Below, piece by piece: positions 52,040 to 63,232 of a stretch of DNA of 64,000 bases. The DNA lies in NCBI RefSeq assembly GCF_004010195.1, contig NC_057734.1, forward strand, positions 28,955,990 through 29,019,989, given 5' to 3'. How positions within the stretch are numbered: the first letter of the stretch is position 1; every line of letters begins with the position of its first letter. The notes beneath the pieces were generated by a model that was not told the DNA's origin, searched no databases, and worked only from the letters and a program-made list of their open reading frames with translations. The position numbers were made by a program, and so were the translations under genes. The DNA is from Chiloscyllium plagiosum (lineage: Eukaryota).

Positions 52040-52645
52040 GTTACAGCTAAAAAGTCTCAAAATCAGGAGTGACCTGAATGAGTCCCAGCACTAGAACTAG
52101 CAATGGGAAACGCAGCCTTGTCCAGGCTGCAGAGTCCTCCTTTCTCATATTAGGAGAGCTATCTCACCGACAGCTCAAGCAAAAGCCTGACATAGTCATA
52201 TTCATTGAATCATACCTTCCACATAACGTCCAAGACAACACTATCACAATCCTTGGGTAGTTCCTCTCCAGCCAGCTAGAAATGGTGGCACATTGGTATA
52301 GAATCAAGAGGGAGCCCCTAACATTGACACTTTCAGAGTCATCATAAGTACAATTCACCAGTTGTATCTATCCATAGCACTTTCCTGGCCCATAATTTCT
52401 TACATCTAAAAGGAGAAAGGCAACAGATCCATGTGTATACCATCACCTACAAGTTTCCCTCCAAGCCACTCGCCATCCTAACCTGGAAAAAAAATGTAAT
52501 TTCTGGAACTCCCTCTCTAATAGCATTACAGGTTTACCGATAACACATGGAGTCAACAGTTCGGAATACAGCTCAGCACCACCTTCTCAGACCAACTGCT
52601 GTCCAATCAATGAATCCCACATGTCATGAATGAATACAAGAAAAA
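52040..52645 (+). mobile_element. Family X non-LTR remnants (endonuclease-like start joined to 3' end)
   Basis: LGELSHRQLKQKPDIVIFIESYL followed by cacctacaagtttccctccaagccac...cagctcagcaccaccttctc. Confidence 0.6.
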
Positions 52646-53225
52646 CATTTCTTCTCCAAGGTAGATAGATTATCTGAGTAGCAGTGACTAAACAAGATGC
52701 AGGTCATATGAATTTACAAGTGGAGGAGGCTACCTGATGCTCTTCTGAGGATTATTTGAGAAGGTATAGATAAAGCAGATAATGGAACTCCCTGTACCAT
52801 ACCTTCTGTGGGCTTTCAGAAACCCTAAGGCAAAGTGCCATTTGAAAGGCTTCCAATTAAACTAACTTGCGCTGCAGAACTTGAAACTAAACAATACAGA
52901 TAATACTTCAAAGCGATGCAAGACATACATTTAACAATTTCATTAATCAGGTCACAAACAAAGGCTGATTCCTCTGGCTATGACAATGACCAGTAAAGAT
53001 CATAGTGCCATGATAAGGGATTAGCCATTTAATACTGAAACGTAGAGAAATTCTTTACTTGGAAGATTGTGAATCTTGAAATTCTCTACCTCAGAGAGTA
53101 CCACTCCGGATTAGCTCAGTCATTGAGTATATTCAAGCTTAAGATGGTGTTAGGGGATGAGTACTGGCATGGATAAAAAATTGGCTGACTGGAAGAAGGC
53201 AGAGAGTAGGGATAAAGGGATCTTT

Positions 53226-53691
53226 GCTTAAAAATGTGTTGCTGGAAAAGTGCAGCAGGTCAGGCAGCATCCAAGGAGCAGGAGAATCATCTTCTGCCTA
53301 GGAACCCTCCAACCACAAGGGATGAATGCAGATTTCTCCAGCTTTCTCATTTCCCCTCCCCCCCAGCTTATCTCAGTCCCAACCCTCAGACTCAGCACCG
53401 CCTTCTTGACCTGCGATCTTCTTCCCGACCTCTCCGTCCCCACCCCCTCTCCGGCCTATCACCCTCACCTTAATCTCCTTCCACCTATCGCATTCCCAAC
53501 GCTCCTTCCCCAAGTTCCTCCTACCTACCCTTTATCTTAGTCTGCTTGGCACACCTTCCACATTCCTGAAGAAGAGCTTATGCCCGAAACGTCGATTCTC
53601 CTGCTCCTTGGATGCTGCCTGACGTGCTGCGCTTTTCCAGCAACACATTTTTCAGCTCTGATCTCCAGCATCTGCAGTCCTCACTTTCTCC
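53226..53691 (+). mobile_element. PLE family A hairpin with GIY-YIG C-terminus
   Basis: Arms 53226-53288 / 53594-53656, tail 53657-53691, IIFCLGTLQPQGMNADF (PLE endonuclease C-terminal motif), perfect TSD ataaagggatcttt (53212-53225, 53692-53705). Confidence 0.9.
53564..53595 (+). ncRNA. Minimal hammerhead ribozyme motif (family A)
   Basis: tc CTGAAGA a gagc ttat gccc GAAA cg TC ga; stem II is gggc/gccc in the copy at ~42900. Confidence 0.75.
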
Positions 53692-53876
53692 ATAAAGGGA
53701 TCTTTTTCAGGATAGCAGCCATTGACTAGTGGAGTTCTGCTCGGGGTCAGTATTTGGACCACATTAATTCATGTTATACATTAACAATCGAAACAAAATT
53801 TGGAGGTGCCGGTATTGGACTGGGGAGTACAAAGTTAAAAATCACCAGGTTATAGTCCAACAGGGTTATTTGGACA

Positions 53877-53912
53877 CCCTAGCTTTCGGAGCGACGCTCC
53901 TTCATCAGGTGG
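53877..53912 (-). ncRNA. Minimal hammerhead ribozyme motif (family B, left arm)
   Basis: Minus strand cac CTGATGA a ggagc gtc gctcc GAAA gc TA ggg. Confidence 0.7.
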
Positions 53913-54481
53913 TTGTAGAGTTTCAAATCGTAAGACACAGAATTTATAGCAAATGTTTATAGTGTGATGTAACTGAAATTATATATTGAAAAAGACCTGG
54001 ATTGTTTGTTAAGTCTCTTTTAGAATGAACATGTTGGTTTCAGTTCTTTCATATGTAAATCGCAGAATCATTTTAAAGTTACATTCTCAAGTGAACTTTA
54101 ACAATTGATGTCATGTCGGCCCTGAATAATGCACTGAAGGTGTGAGGTGCCCTGCGTGCGACTGTGCCACAATGTTCAGACTGATTCCAAACTAAAAAAC
54201 GGATTTACAGAATCTTACATGGCTTCGTGCCGTTTTTGAGCAAAGTAAAATGTAATTCTGCAAGTACAAATTCACCCCAAAAACTTATATTGTGTGTGTG
54301 TGTGTGTGTGCAAGTGGGGGTGTGTGTGGAGGCGGGGGCTGTTATGAGTGTGAGAGAGTGTGTGTATGTGTGTGAGGGTGAGTGTAAAGGGGTTTAAGTT
54401 TGTGAGAGGGTGTGTGTGTGCGTGTGAGTGTGGGAGTGTTTGTGTGAGCTTATGCGAGAAAGCTTGTGTATGAGAGAGGGT

Positions 54482-55143
54482 CCGTAATGACCTCCTCAGG
54501 AGACAGACAAGAGCTGCAACCGACAGGGTACCCTTTGTTGTTCAGTACTTCCAGGAGCCAGAAAACTACACCAGGTTCCTCGCAGCCTGCAACACATTAT
54601 CAATGAGGATGAGCACCTCGCCAAGACCTTCCCCACGCCTCCACTCTTGCCTTTAAACAACCACCAAACCTCAAACAGATCATTGTTCGTTGCAAATTGC
54701 CCGGTTTTCAGGACAACACCATACAACCTTGTCACGGTAGATGCTGCAAGACGTGTCAGAGTGTGAACATGGATACCACCATTAGGCGTGGGGACAACAC
54801 CCACCGTGTACGTGGCAGGTACTCATGTGACTCAGCCGACGTTGTCTATTGCGCGCGCTGCAGGCAAGGCTGCCCTGAAGCATGGTAGATTGGCAAAACT
54901 AAGCAGAGGCTACGGCAGCAGATAAATGGACACCGCACAATAATCAACAGACAGGAGTGTTCCCTCCCAGTCGGAGAACACTTCAGCTGGCCAGGACATT
55001 CCACCTCAGAGCTTCGGGTGACGGTCCTCCAAGACGGACTTTGGGACAGGCAACAAGTGGTCGAGCAGAGGATGATCACCAAGTTCCGTACCGATGGGGA
55101 TGGCCTCAACTGGGACCTTGGGTTCATGTCACACTACAGGTGA
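54482..55143 (+). pseudogene. PLE ORF C-terminus: RT thumb/linker, Cys-rich motif and GIY-YIG endonuclease (disrupted)
   Basis: RVPFVVQYFPG...PCHGRCCKTC...YSCDSADVVYCARCRQGCPEAW*IGKTKQRLRQQINGHR...PVGEHF...EQRMITKFRT.G.GLN; the Cys motif before the endonuclease is a Neptune-clade feature. Confidence 0.85.
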
Positions 55144-55850
55144 CCCCACTGTGCGCGCACACACACACACACGTGCATACACACTGACAGATAACAGACG
55201 GATACACACATAGACACAGACAGACAGACACTCCTACACACACACACATGCCTACAGACTCATGATCCTTCCAACTCATACACTCATGCAGACCCTCTCT
55301 CATACACAAGCTCTCTCTCATACACAGACACGTATACTACCACACACACACACCCTCTCACAAACTTAAACCCCCTTTACACTCACATTCATACACATAC
55401 ATACTCTCTCACAGACACTCAAAACACCCCCCATCTCCATACACACCCCCACTTGCACAACACACACATATAAGTTTGTGCGGTGAATTTGTACTTGCAG
55501 AATTACATTTTATTTTGCTCAAAAACTGCATGGATGCATGTAAGATTCTATAAATCTGTTTTTTAGAACAGCATCAGTCTGACCATTGTGGCACAGTCTC
55601 ACACAGGGCACCTCACACCTTCAATGCATTATCGGGGCTGACTTGGCACCTATTGTTAAAGTTCACTTGAGAATGTAACTTTCAAAAAGTTCTGCAATTT
55701 ACACATGAAAGAACTGAAACCAATATGTTCATTCTAAAAGATGAGAGACTTAACAAACAATCCAGGTTTTTTGCAATATATAATTTCAGTTACATCACAC
55801 TGTAAACATTTGCTATAAATTCTGTGTCTTATGATCTCATACTCCACAAC

Positions 55851-55885
55851 TACCTGATGAAGGAGCAGCGCTCTGAAAGCTAAAG
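55851..55885 (+). ncRNA. Minimal hammerhead ribozyme motif (family B, right arm)
   Basis: tac CTGATGA a ggagc agc gctct GAAA gc TA; stem I is degraded. Confidence 0.6.
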
Positions 55886-55987
55886 CTTCCAAATAAACTT
55901 GTTGAACTATAACCTGGTGTTGTTGTGAGATTTTTAACAATCTAAACAAAGGAATTGAGGGCATTGCTGCTAAGTTTGCAGGTAAAC

Positions 55988-56750
55988 CATAGGATACAGA
56001 AACAGTATGAGGCCATTCAGCCTATTGATCTCAGCTGCAATTCAATCATGGACGATATGTTTCTCAACACATTCTCCTGTCTTCTCCCTATAACCCTTGA
56101 TTCCCTTACTAATGAAGAACCTATCCACCCCTATCTTAAATATACTCAATCACTTGGACTCCTCAGTGGCAATGAATTCCACAGATTCACCACCCTCTAG
56201 TTGAAGAAATTCTTCCTCATCTCAGTTCTAAAGGTTGCCTCTTCACTCTGAGTCTGTGCCCTTTTTTCCGAGTCTCTCCTACATCTTCTTTATGTCCACT
56301 CTATACAAGCCTCTCAGAATCTTATAAATGTCAATGGGTTCCTCCATCATCCTTCTAAATTCCATCAAGTACAGACCCAGAGTCCTCAACTGCTCCTCAT
56401 TTGACAAGTCCTTCATCCCTGGGATCATTCTTGGAAACCATCTCTGCACCACTCCAAGGCCAGCACATCCTTCCTTAGATACAGGGCCCAAAACTGCTCA
56501 CAATATTCCAAATGCAGTCTGATCAGAGCTACCCTTATGTTATCTACAAACATAGTAACAAAGTCCTCAGTTCCTTTGTCTAGATTGTTCATGTACAAGG
56601 TGACTAGTTGTGAATAACACTAATGCCTGCGGAACAACACTCCTCACCAGCCTCTAGTTTGCTGTCTTTTGCCTCCCTCTCTTCTTAAACAGGGGTGTTG
56701 CATTAGCACCTTCTCAGTCCTCTGGGACCCTGACTCACTCCAGTGATAGC
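55988..56750 (-). mobile_element. CR1 3' region
   Basis: VQRWFPRMIPGMKDLSNEEQLRTLGLYLMEFRRM (ORF 56279-56491). Confidence 0.8.
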
Positions 56751-57006
56751 TAGAGGGGCAGATATTGTTGAGGAAGTGGGGAGGGTACAGAAGGACTTGG
56801 ACAGCTAGGAGTGTGGGCAAAGAAGAGGCATATGAAATACAGTATGGGAAAATGAAAGGTTATGTATTTTTGTCAAAGGTACAGAGGAGGAAGTGCTGGA
56901 TGTCTTGAAACAGTTAAAAGTGGATAACTGCCCAGTTCCTGATCAGGTGTACCCAAGGACTCTGTGGGAAGCTAGAGAAGTGATTGCTGGGCCTCTTGCT
57001 GAGATA

Positions 57007-57118
57007 GCTGGAGATCAGAGATGGAAATGTGTTGCTGGAAAAGCGCAGCAGGTCAGGCAGCATCTAGGGAACAGGAGAATCGACGTTTCGGGCATTAGCA
57101 TTCCTGAAGAAGGGCTAA
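57007..57118. mobile_element. PLE family A hairpin cut by the gap
   Basis: Minus-oriented arm 57007-57098, then the start of the plus arm ttcctgaagaagggctaa. Confidence 0.8.
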
Positions 57119-58068
57119 NNNNNNNNNNNNNNNNNNNNNNNNNNNNNNNNNNNNNNNNNNNNNNNNNNNNNNNNNNNNNNNNNNNNNNNNNNNNNNNNNN
57201 NNNNNNNNNNNNNNNNNNNNNNNNNNNNNNNNNNNNNNNNNNNNNNNNNNNNNNNNNNNNNNNNNNNNNNNNNNNNNNNNNNNNNNNNNNNNNNNNNNNN
57301 NNNNNNNNNNNNNNNNNNNNNNNNNNNNNNNNNNNNNNNNNNNNNNNNNNNNNNNNNNNNNNNNNNNNNNNNNNNNNNNNNNNNNNNNNNNNNNNNNNNN
57401 NNNNNNNNNNNNNNNNNNNNNNNNNNNNNNNNNNNNNNNNNNNNNNNNNNNNNNNNNNNNNNNNNNNNNNNNNNNNNNNNNNNNNNNNNNNNNNNNNNNN
57501 NNNNNNNNNNNNNNNNNNNNNNNNNNNNNNNNNNNNNNNNNNNNNNNNNNNNNNNNNNNNNNNNNNNNNNNNNNNNNNNNNNNNNNNNNNNNNNNNNNNN
57601 NNNNNNNNNNNNNNNNNNNNNNNNNNNNNNNNNNNNNNNNNNNNNNNNNNNNNNNNNNNNNNNNNNNNNNNNNNNNNNNNNNNNNNNNNNNNNNNNNNNN
57701 NNNNNNNNNNNNNNNNNNNNNNNNNNNNNNNNNNNNNNNNNNNNNNNNNNNNNNNNNNNNNNNNNNNNNNNNNNNNNNNNNNNNNNNNNNNNNNNNNNNN
57801 NNNNNNNNNNNNNNNNNNNNNNNNNNNNNNNNNNNNNNNNNNNNNNNNNNNNNNNNNNNNNNNNNNNNNNNNNNNNNNNNNNNNNNNNNNNNNNNNNNNN
57901 NNNNNNNNNNNNNNNNNNNNNNNNNNNNNNNNNNNNNNNNNNNNNNNNNNNNNNNNNNNNNNNNNNNNNNNNNNNNNNNNNNNNNNNNNNNNNNNNNNNN
58001 NNNNNNNNNNNNNNNNNNNNNNNNNNNNNNNNNNNNNNNNNNNNNNNNNNNNNNNNNNNNNNNNNNNN
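57119..58068. other. Assembly gap (950 N)
   Basis: Run of N. Confidence 1.
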
Positions 58069-58566
58069 CAGAGGGTGGTACGTGTATGGAATGAGCTGCC
58101 AGAGGATGTGGTGGAGGCTGGTACAATTGCAACATTTAAAAGGCATTTGGATGGGTATATGAATAGGAAGGGTTTGGAGGGATATGGGCCAGGTGCTGGC
58201 CGGTGGGACTATATTGGGTTGGGATAACTGGTCGGCATGGATGGGTTGGACCGAAGGGTCTGTTTCAATGCTGTACATCTCTATGACTCTATGACTCTAT
58301 AATAGCGAGTTGGACTATTTTCCAAATGAGGAACAGCTTTGACAATCACAAAGGAACTTGGGAGTCTTTGTTTAGGATTCTCTTGAAGTTAACATGCAGG
58401 TTCAGTTGGCAGTTTGGATGGCAAATACTACGTTAGCATTCATTTTAAGATTGTTAGAATACAACAGCAAAGATGTGCTGCTGAGGCTATATAAGTCTCT
58501 GGTCAGATGCAATATTGTAAGCAGTATTGCGCTCTGTATCTAAGGAAGGACGTGCTGACCTTGGAG

Positions 58567-58760
58567 ACAGGAGTCGAGCGTGTGGTGCTGGAAAAGCACA
58601 GTAGGTCAGGCAGCCTCTGAGGAGCAGGAGAATCAGTGTTTCAGGCAAATGACCTTCATCAGGAATCTGCTCCTCAGATGCTGCCTGACCTGCTGAGCTT
58701 TACCAGCACCACACTCTCGACTCTAATCTCCAACATCTGCAGTCCTTGCTTTTGCCTTTT
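58567..58760 (+). mobile_element. PLE family A hairpin
   Basis: Arms 58571-58627 / 58667-58723, tail 58724-58760, TSD tgaccttggag (58556-58566, 58761-58771). Confidence 0.85.
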
Positions 58761-59125
58761 TGACCTTGGAGGGGATCCAGAGGAGGTTTACAAGAAAGAT
58801 CCTGAGGATGAAGAGCTGGTCATATAAGGAACAGATGAGGATTCTGTATTCAATGGCGTTTAGAAGGATGAGGGGGATCTCATTGAAATGTGCAGAATAC
58901 TGAGAGGCCTAGATAGAGTGGACATAGGGAAGATGTTTCCACTAGTAAGATAGACTGGGACCTGAGCACATAGCCTCAGAGTTAAGGGATGACCCTTCCA
59001 GAACTGAGATGAGGAGGAATTTCTTCAGCCAGTGGATGGTTAATCTGTGGAACTCATTACCACAGAAAGCTGTTGAGATTAAATCACTGAGTATATTTAA
59101 AATAGAAATAGATAGGTTTTGATTC

Positions 59126-59443
59126 AGGGCGGCATGGTGGCTCAGTGGTTAGCACTGCTGCCTCGCAGTACCAGGGTCCTTGGTTCAATTCTAGCCTTGT
59201 GGCAACTGTCTGTGTGGAGTTTGCACATTTTCCCCGTGTCTGTGCGGGTTTCCTCCGGGTGCTCTGGTTTCCACCGACAGTCCAAAGATGTTCAGGTCAG
59301 GTAAACTGGCCATGCTAAATTGCCCAAAGTGTTACGTGCATTAGTCAGAGGTAAATGGGTCTGTGTGGGTTACTCTTTGGAGGGTCGGTGTGGACTGGTT
59401 TGGCCAAAGGGCCTGTTTCCACACTGTAGGGAATCTAATCTAA
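59126..59443 (+). mobile_element. HE1 SINE
   Basis: gggcggcatggtggctcagtggttagc head; gggaatctaatcta tail. Confidence 0.92.
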
Positions 59444-60466
59444 ATAAGCAGGAGAAGGCAGGAGAAAGTGGTTGAGAAACATATCATCCATGATTGAATG
59501 GGGGAGCAGACTTGATGGGTTGAATAGCCTAATTCTGCTCTTATATCTTGTGGCCTGGAGTCCTCTGGTCAAAGATCAATTAACTTTTGAGTACTAAGTG
59601 AGTAAAGGGATATGGGAAGAGGTGGGAAAATGGAATTGATATTAAAACTCAACCATGGTGAAACTGAATGGCGGAACAAAGTCAAAGACTGCGTGGCATA
59701 AACTTGCTTATCTTTCTTATGTTCTTCTGTGGAAAGTTAAATGGTCAAAAAAAGTCACGCAGAGAGGTATCCAATTTTTGGGCAAGGTTTTTGTTGAGAA
59801 ACGCAATCTCTGAAGATCACCCATGTCTTGTCAGGCAGATTTGTTGCGTGGTGATGTCTTTCTCATTGCCATGTGTTTACCTGACCTCTTGGTAAGGCCA
59901 AACCAGAACTGGTGAAACTTGCTGATGAAAAATCGGAAGCACAGTTGAGGCACAGAATGTGATCATTGATTTTCAAAATGTGTAGACTGTGCAATTGGGA
60001 AGACAGAAGGTAAATGAAATTTAATGCTGATAAATGTGAGGTGTTGCACATCGATCAGAAATGTGAGATATAGTCTTATTAAAAGAATGGAAGTAGGAGA
60101 AGTTTAGAAATAGACATGAGAATGAAAGTAGTACATCATTTTCAGAAACTAGACTATTTGGTGAAGCTATTAAAAATACTTAATAGAATGCGACTACAAA
60201 TTGCCAGAGCAGACGAATACGGCTGTGGAAATTATGCTTCAGATTTACATTATCTTGGTGAGATCACATCTCAAGTATTCTCTTATGATTCACATCACAT
60301 GAGTGTATAGGCATGTATTAGAATCAGTATACAAGAGAGCATAAAAAGAACATTTTTCAATTTCAAAATTGAAAATTTGAAGCTGTGCAGGAAACAGTCC
60401 TTAAGTGATAATTAATTGCATCGTAAGTTCTCAACTGAATCAAAGGCAGGAAGGGGGGGATAAAGA

Positions 60467-60540
60467 GACTGGTGTAGTGGTAATGTCACTGGACTCATAA
60501 TCCAGCAGGGCCAAGGCTAATGCCAAGGGGATACAAGTCA
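60467..60540 (+). mobile_element. tRNA-derived SINE head fragment
   Basis: ggtgtagtggtaatgtcactggact A-box-like start. Confidence 0.5.
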
Positions 60541-60544
60541 ATGT

Positions 60545-60815
60545 GGGTGGCACAGTGCAGCCTCACAGTGCCACGGACCTATGTTCAATTCCAGCTTGGG
60601 GCAAATGTCTGTGCACAGTTTGCATATCCTCTCTGAGTCTTCATGGATTTCTTCTGGGTGCTCTGGTTTCCTCGCACAGTCCATAAATGTTTAGGTTAGG
60701 TGGATTGGCCATGCAATGTGTGTGTGTGTCAGGGGTGGGAGTGGGTCCTCTTTGGAGGATCACTGTGGACTCGATGGGCCAAATGGCCTGCTTTCACATT
60801 GTAGGGATTGTATGA
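60545..60815 (+). mobile_element. HE1 SINE, degraded
   Basis: gcctcacagtgcc...ggtgctctggtttcc...gggccaaatggcctgctt...gtagggattgtatga. Confidence 0.8.
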
Positions 60816-60854
60816 TTTGCTGCATAGCAAACTTGGATTATGAAGTGAAATAAA

Positions 60855-61458
60855 TATGTTATGGGTGTTTGCAATCCCTTTACAGTCACCTAAAGGACCA
60901 TTTTCGCTGCTTTTGGTTCCACTTCAGCCCCACACTCCTGATCTTTGGGCGCCCAGTGCGGAGGGGTACTGGGCAGATCAGAGGATCTCTTCATGGGTCT
61001 GCTCCTAGGCCTGGTCAGGCTGGTCATGAACAGGTCCAGGCAGCTGGCTGTGGAGGAGCTTATTTTGACCAACTGCCTGCCGCTCCTCCGTGGCTATGTT
61101 CGAACCCAGCTGTCCTTGGTGAGGGAGCATGTGGTGCCCACCAATGTTCTCGATGCTTTTAGGTGGAGATGGGCACCGCAGAGGGTGGAGTGATTTACTT
61201 CCCTCTCTATTCTATTTTGATTTGATCCCTACTCTCTCTCTTCACTTTTTTTTCACGTAAGTATTGCCTTTGTCAGGCTTTGCTTATTCCTGCTTCCCTG
61301 GCCACATGGGGGAGTTTTCCCATTGGTGGAATATTGAATAGAATTATTTACAGAAGTGGTGTTTTCACTGAGTCCTTGCACCTACACACGCATGACAAAG
61401 GGAGGGAAAATAAACACCACTGCTGTACAGCAGGAGTGTGGGGAGAAGGAAAAAGAGG
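60855..61458 (+). mobile_element. Tx1-like LINE ORF2 C-terminus and 3' UTR
   Basis: FWFHFSPTLLIFG...EDLFMGLLLGLVRLVMNRSRQ...LDAFRWRWAP; ends in purine-rich gaaggaaaaaga. Confidence 0.7.
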
Positions 61459-63034
61459 ATTTAGAATCTCTTAAAAAAAATCAAAGGAAGGAAGGTTGGC
61501 CTAGAGTTCACCAGTTCCATGGTAAAATTATTGAGTGGTCAGGTGGTATGAAGTAGGATGGAGGATTTTCCGGGCCCAACACTCATCGGTCAGCAAGTGT
61601 TAAATTCGACTCATGGAATGTTAATTGTTATTTGCTTTTCAATTTTACAAGAGCAAAACTAAACATTTTCTACTAAAGTAAATGACTCAAGACTTGCAAC
61701 ATTTTGTATCCTCATTCTTTCAGCGAGGTTGGCGCTTGCTGTTTGCCAGTTTCTGCATAGACCCTAAGAAAGACGAAATCCAACAAAAGATTCTTCTATA
61801 CAGTGCATGTAATTCCCTCCATGAGCTTAGCCCAAAATGATCTGAACAATCTGCATTCTCTGTTGCTATCAGAATAGTTTTGACTCTTTGGGTGGAATAT
61901 TCTGTGCCCAAATGAAGACCTAGTCATACCATCCCAAGAGTATGGAATAGGGATGGGATGTGCAACCATAGCCTCCCCCTTGGCATTGTGGTATACAGTA
62001 CTTGAGCTGCCAGCCTCTGATTGGCCGACTGGTCCAGTTGGCCAGGTTATCCATCCCTGGGGTCCTTGTCAGGATGAAGACCGGCAAGTGTCCACTTAAG
62101 TGCCTGATGGGCACAAGATCTAGTGGACTTCCCTCAAAGAGTCAATATGCAGGCAGTGGGCAAGACACTCACCTCATCACAAAGAATGTATCTTTTGTTG
62201 CTGGAGCAAATGTCACTTCCTCTGCAACATTGTCCCAAAGAACCACATTAGAGGTTCAGTACATCAAAGGGTAATCAGCATCATAAGTATCAGAGGCCAG
62301 CATGATCCTGTGTTTACTTGATGTTGAAATTAAATTATTTTTAGCTAGGACTGAGCAATCATGACTGATTTTCCCCTTCCTAACCCCAAAGGTCGACATT
62401 TGACAACTGTGCGAGTATCCTCGTTCTGATAAGCCAACACAACACAGACCCAACGCAGCCCAACCATAAAGCCTCAAATTTACTGATGCTGTGCTGATAT
62501 CTATTCAAACAGAAAGAAATCCTGTCCCTTTGGCACTGAAATGACTGGTGCAGTAAGTCTAGAAGAAGATAGCTGACAGTTAGACTGTACTCAGCAACAC
62601 CCAAAGGACTTGGAATCAAAGATGCAAGACATGAAAAGCTGCCAAGCCAAGATTTCTAGAACAGTTTTCCATTCCTCTGCCAAGTAGCTGCCCCAAGTAC
62701 ATATACCCCAAACTGTTTATTCATGAACTTGCAACTGTTCAATTGATGTCCTAGCCAAAGTATTCATATAACCTTACAGCTCTTTGAATACCTGCCACTA
62801 CAACCACAATCCTGCAGCAAAATACAAATACAAATTATAAGTTACATCAGAAACTCAGGTGCACACTTCAAATATTTCTAATGAAACCTGTTGAACTTCT
62901 GCACATTCTTTTAGTAATGCACAAAATGGGCTGCGAGTTAAGTGAATATTTCATGAATGAATGAGCTGTTTCTCCTTGCAGCACATCAAGACTAAAGCCT
63001 GAACATTTAATGGGATAATTTAGGCAAAGTGTAG

Positions 63035-63232
63035 ATTAGAGTGGTGCTGGAAAAGCACCGCAGGTCAGGCAGCATCCAAGGAACAGGAAAATCGATGTTT
63101 TGGGAATAATGAAGGGTTTTGCCCAAAATATCAATTTTCCTGCTCCTTGGATGCTGCCTGACTTGGTGTGCTTTTCCAGCACCACTCTAATCTTGTCTCT
63201 GATCTCCAGCTTCTGCAGTCCTCACTTTCACA
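63035..63232 (+). mobile_element. PLE family A hairpin
   Basis: Arms ~63033-63104 / ~63122-63193, tail 63194-63232, TSD ttaggcaaagtgtag / ttagccaaagtatag (63020-63034, 63233-63247). Confidence 0.85.

Larger units (their letters stand above)
52650..53797 (+). mobile_element. CR1 RT remnant hosting PLE hairpins; continues at 55934-55985
   Basis: AWIKNWLTGRRQRVGIKGS | SG...TSG...YINNLNKGIEGIAAKFA reads through once the two PLE insertions are removed. Confidence 0.75.
53798..55938. mobile_element. PLE family B (Neptune-like) large inverted-repeat insertion
   Basis: Tail 53798-53833, arms ~53834-54480 / ~55290-55938, TSD ttaacaatc(g/t)aaacaaa (53781-53797, 55934-55950). Confidence 0.9.
56880..58300 (+). 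mobile_element. HER1 LINE spanning the assembly gap, with a nested PLE hairpin
   Basis: PDQVYPRTLWEAREVIAGPLAEI before the gap; QRVVRVWNELP and (ctctatga)n tail after it. Confidence 0.8.
58301..59560 (+). mobile_element. CR1 3' region hosting PLE and HE1 insertions
   Basis: LLRLYKSLVR, YLRKDVLTLE|GIQRRFT, RRNFFSQWMVNLWNSLP. Confidence 0.8.

Noticed and set aside
56893-58278. Three long ORFs of 346-444 aa
   Set aside because: They are open only because they cross the N gap
1344-63232. Hairpin elements as DNA-transposon MITEs
   Set aside because: Asymmetric tail, variable 11-17 bp TSDs, variable centres, hammerhead motifs and linked GIY-YIG remnants indicate Penelope retroelements
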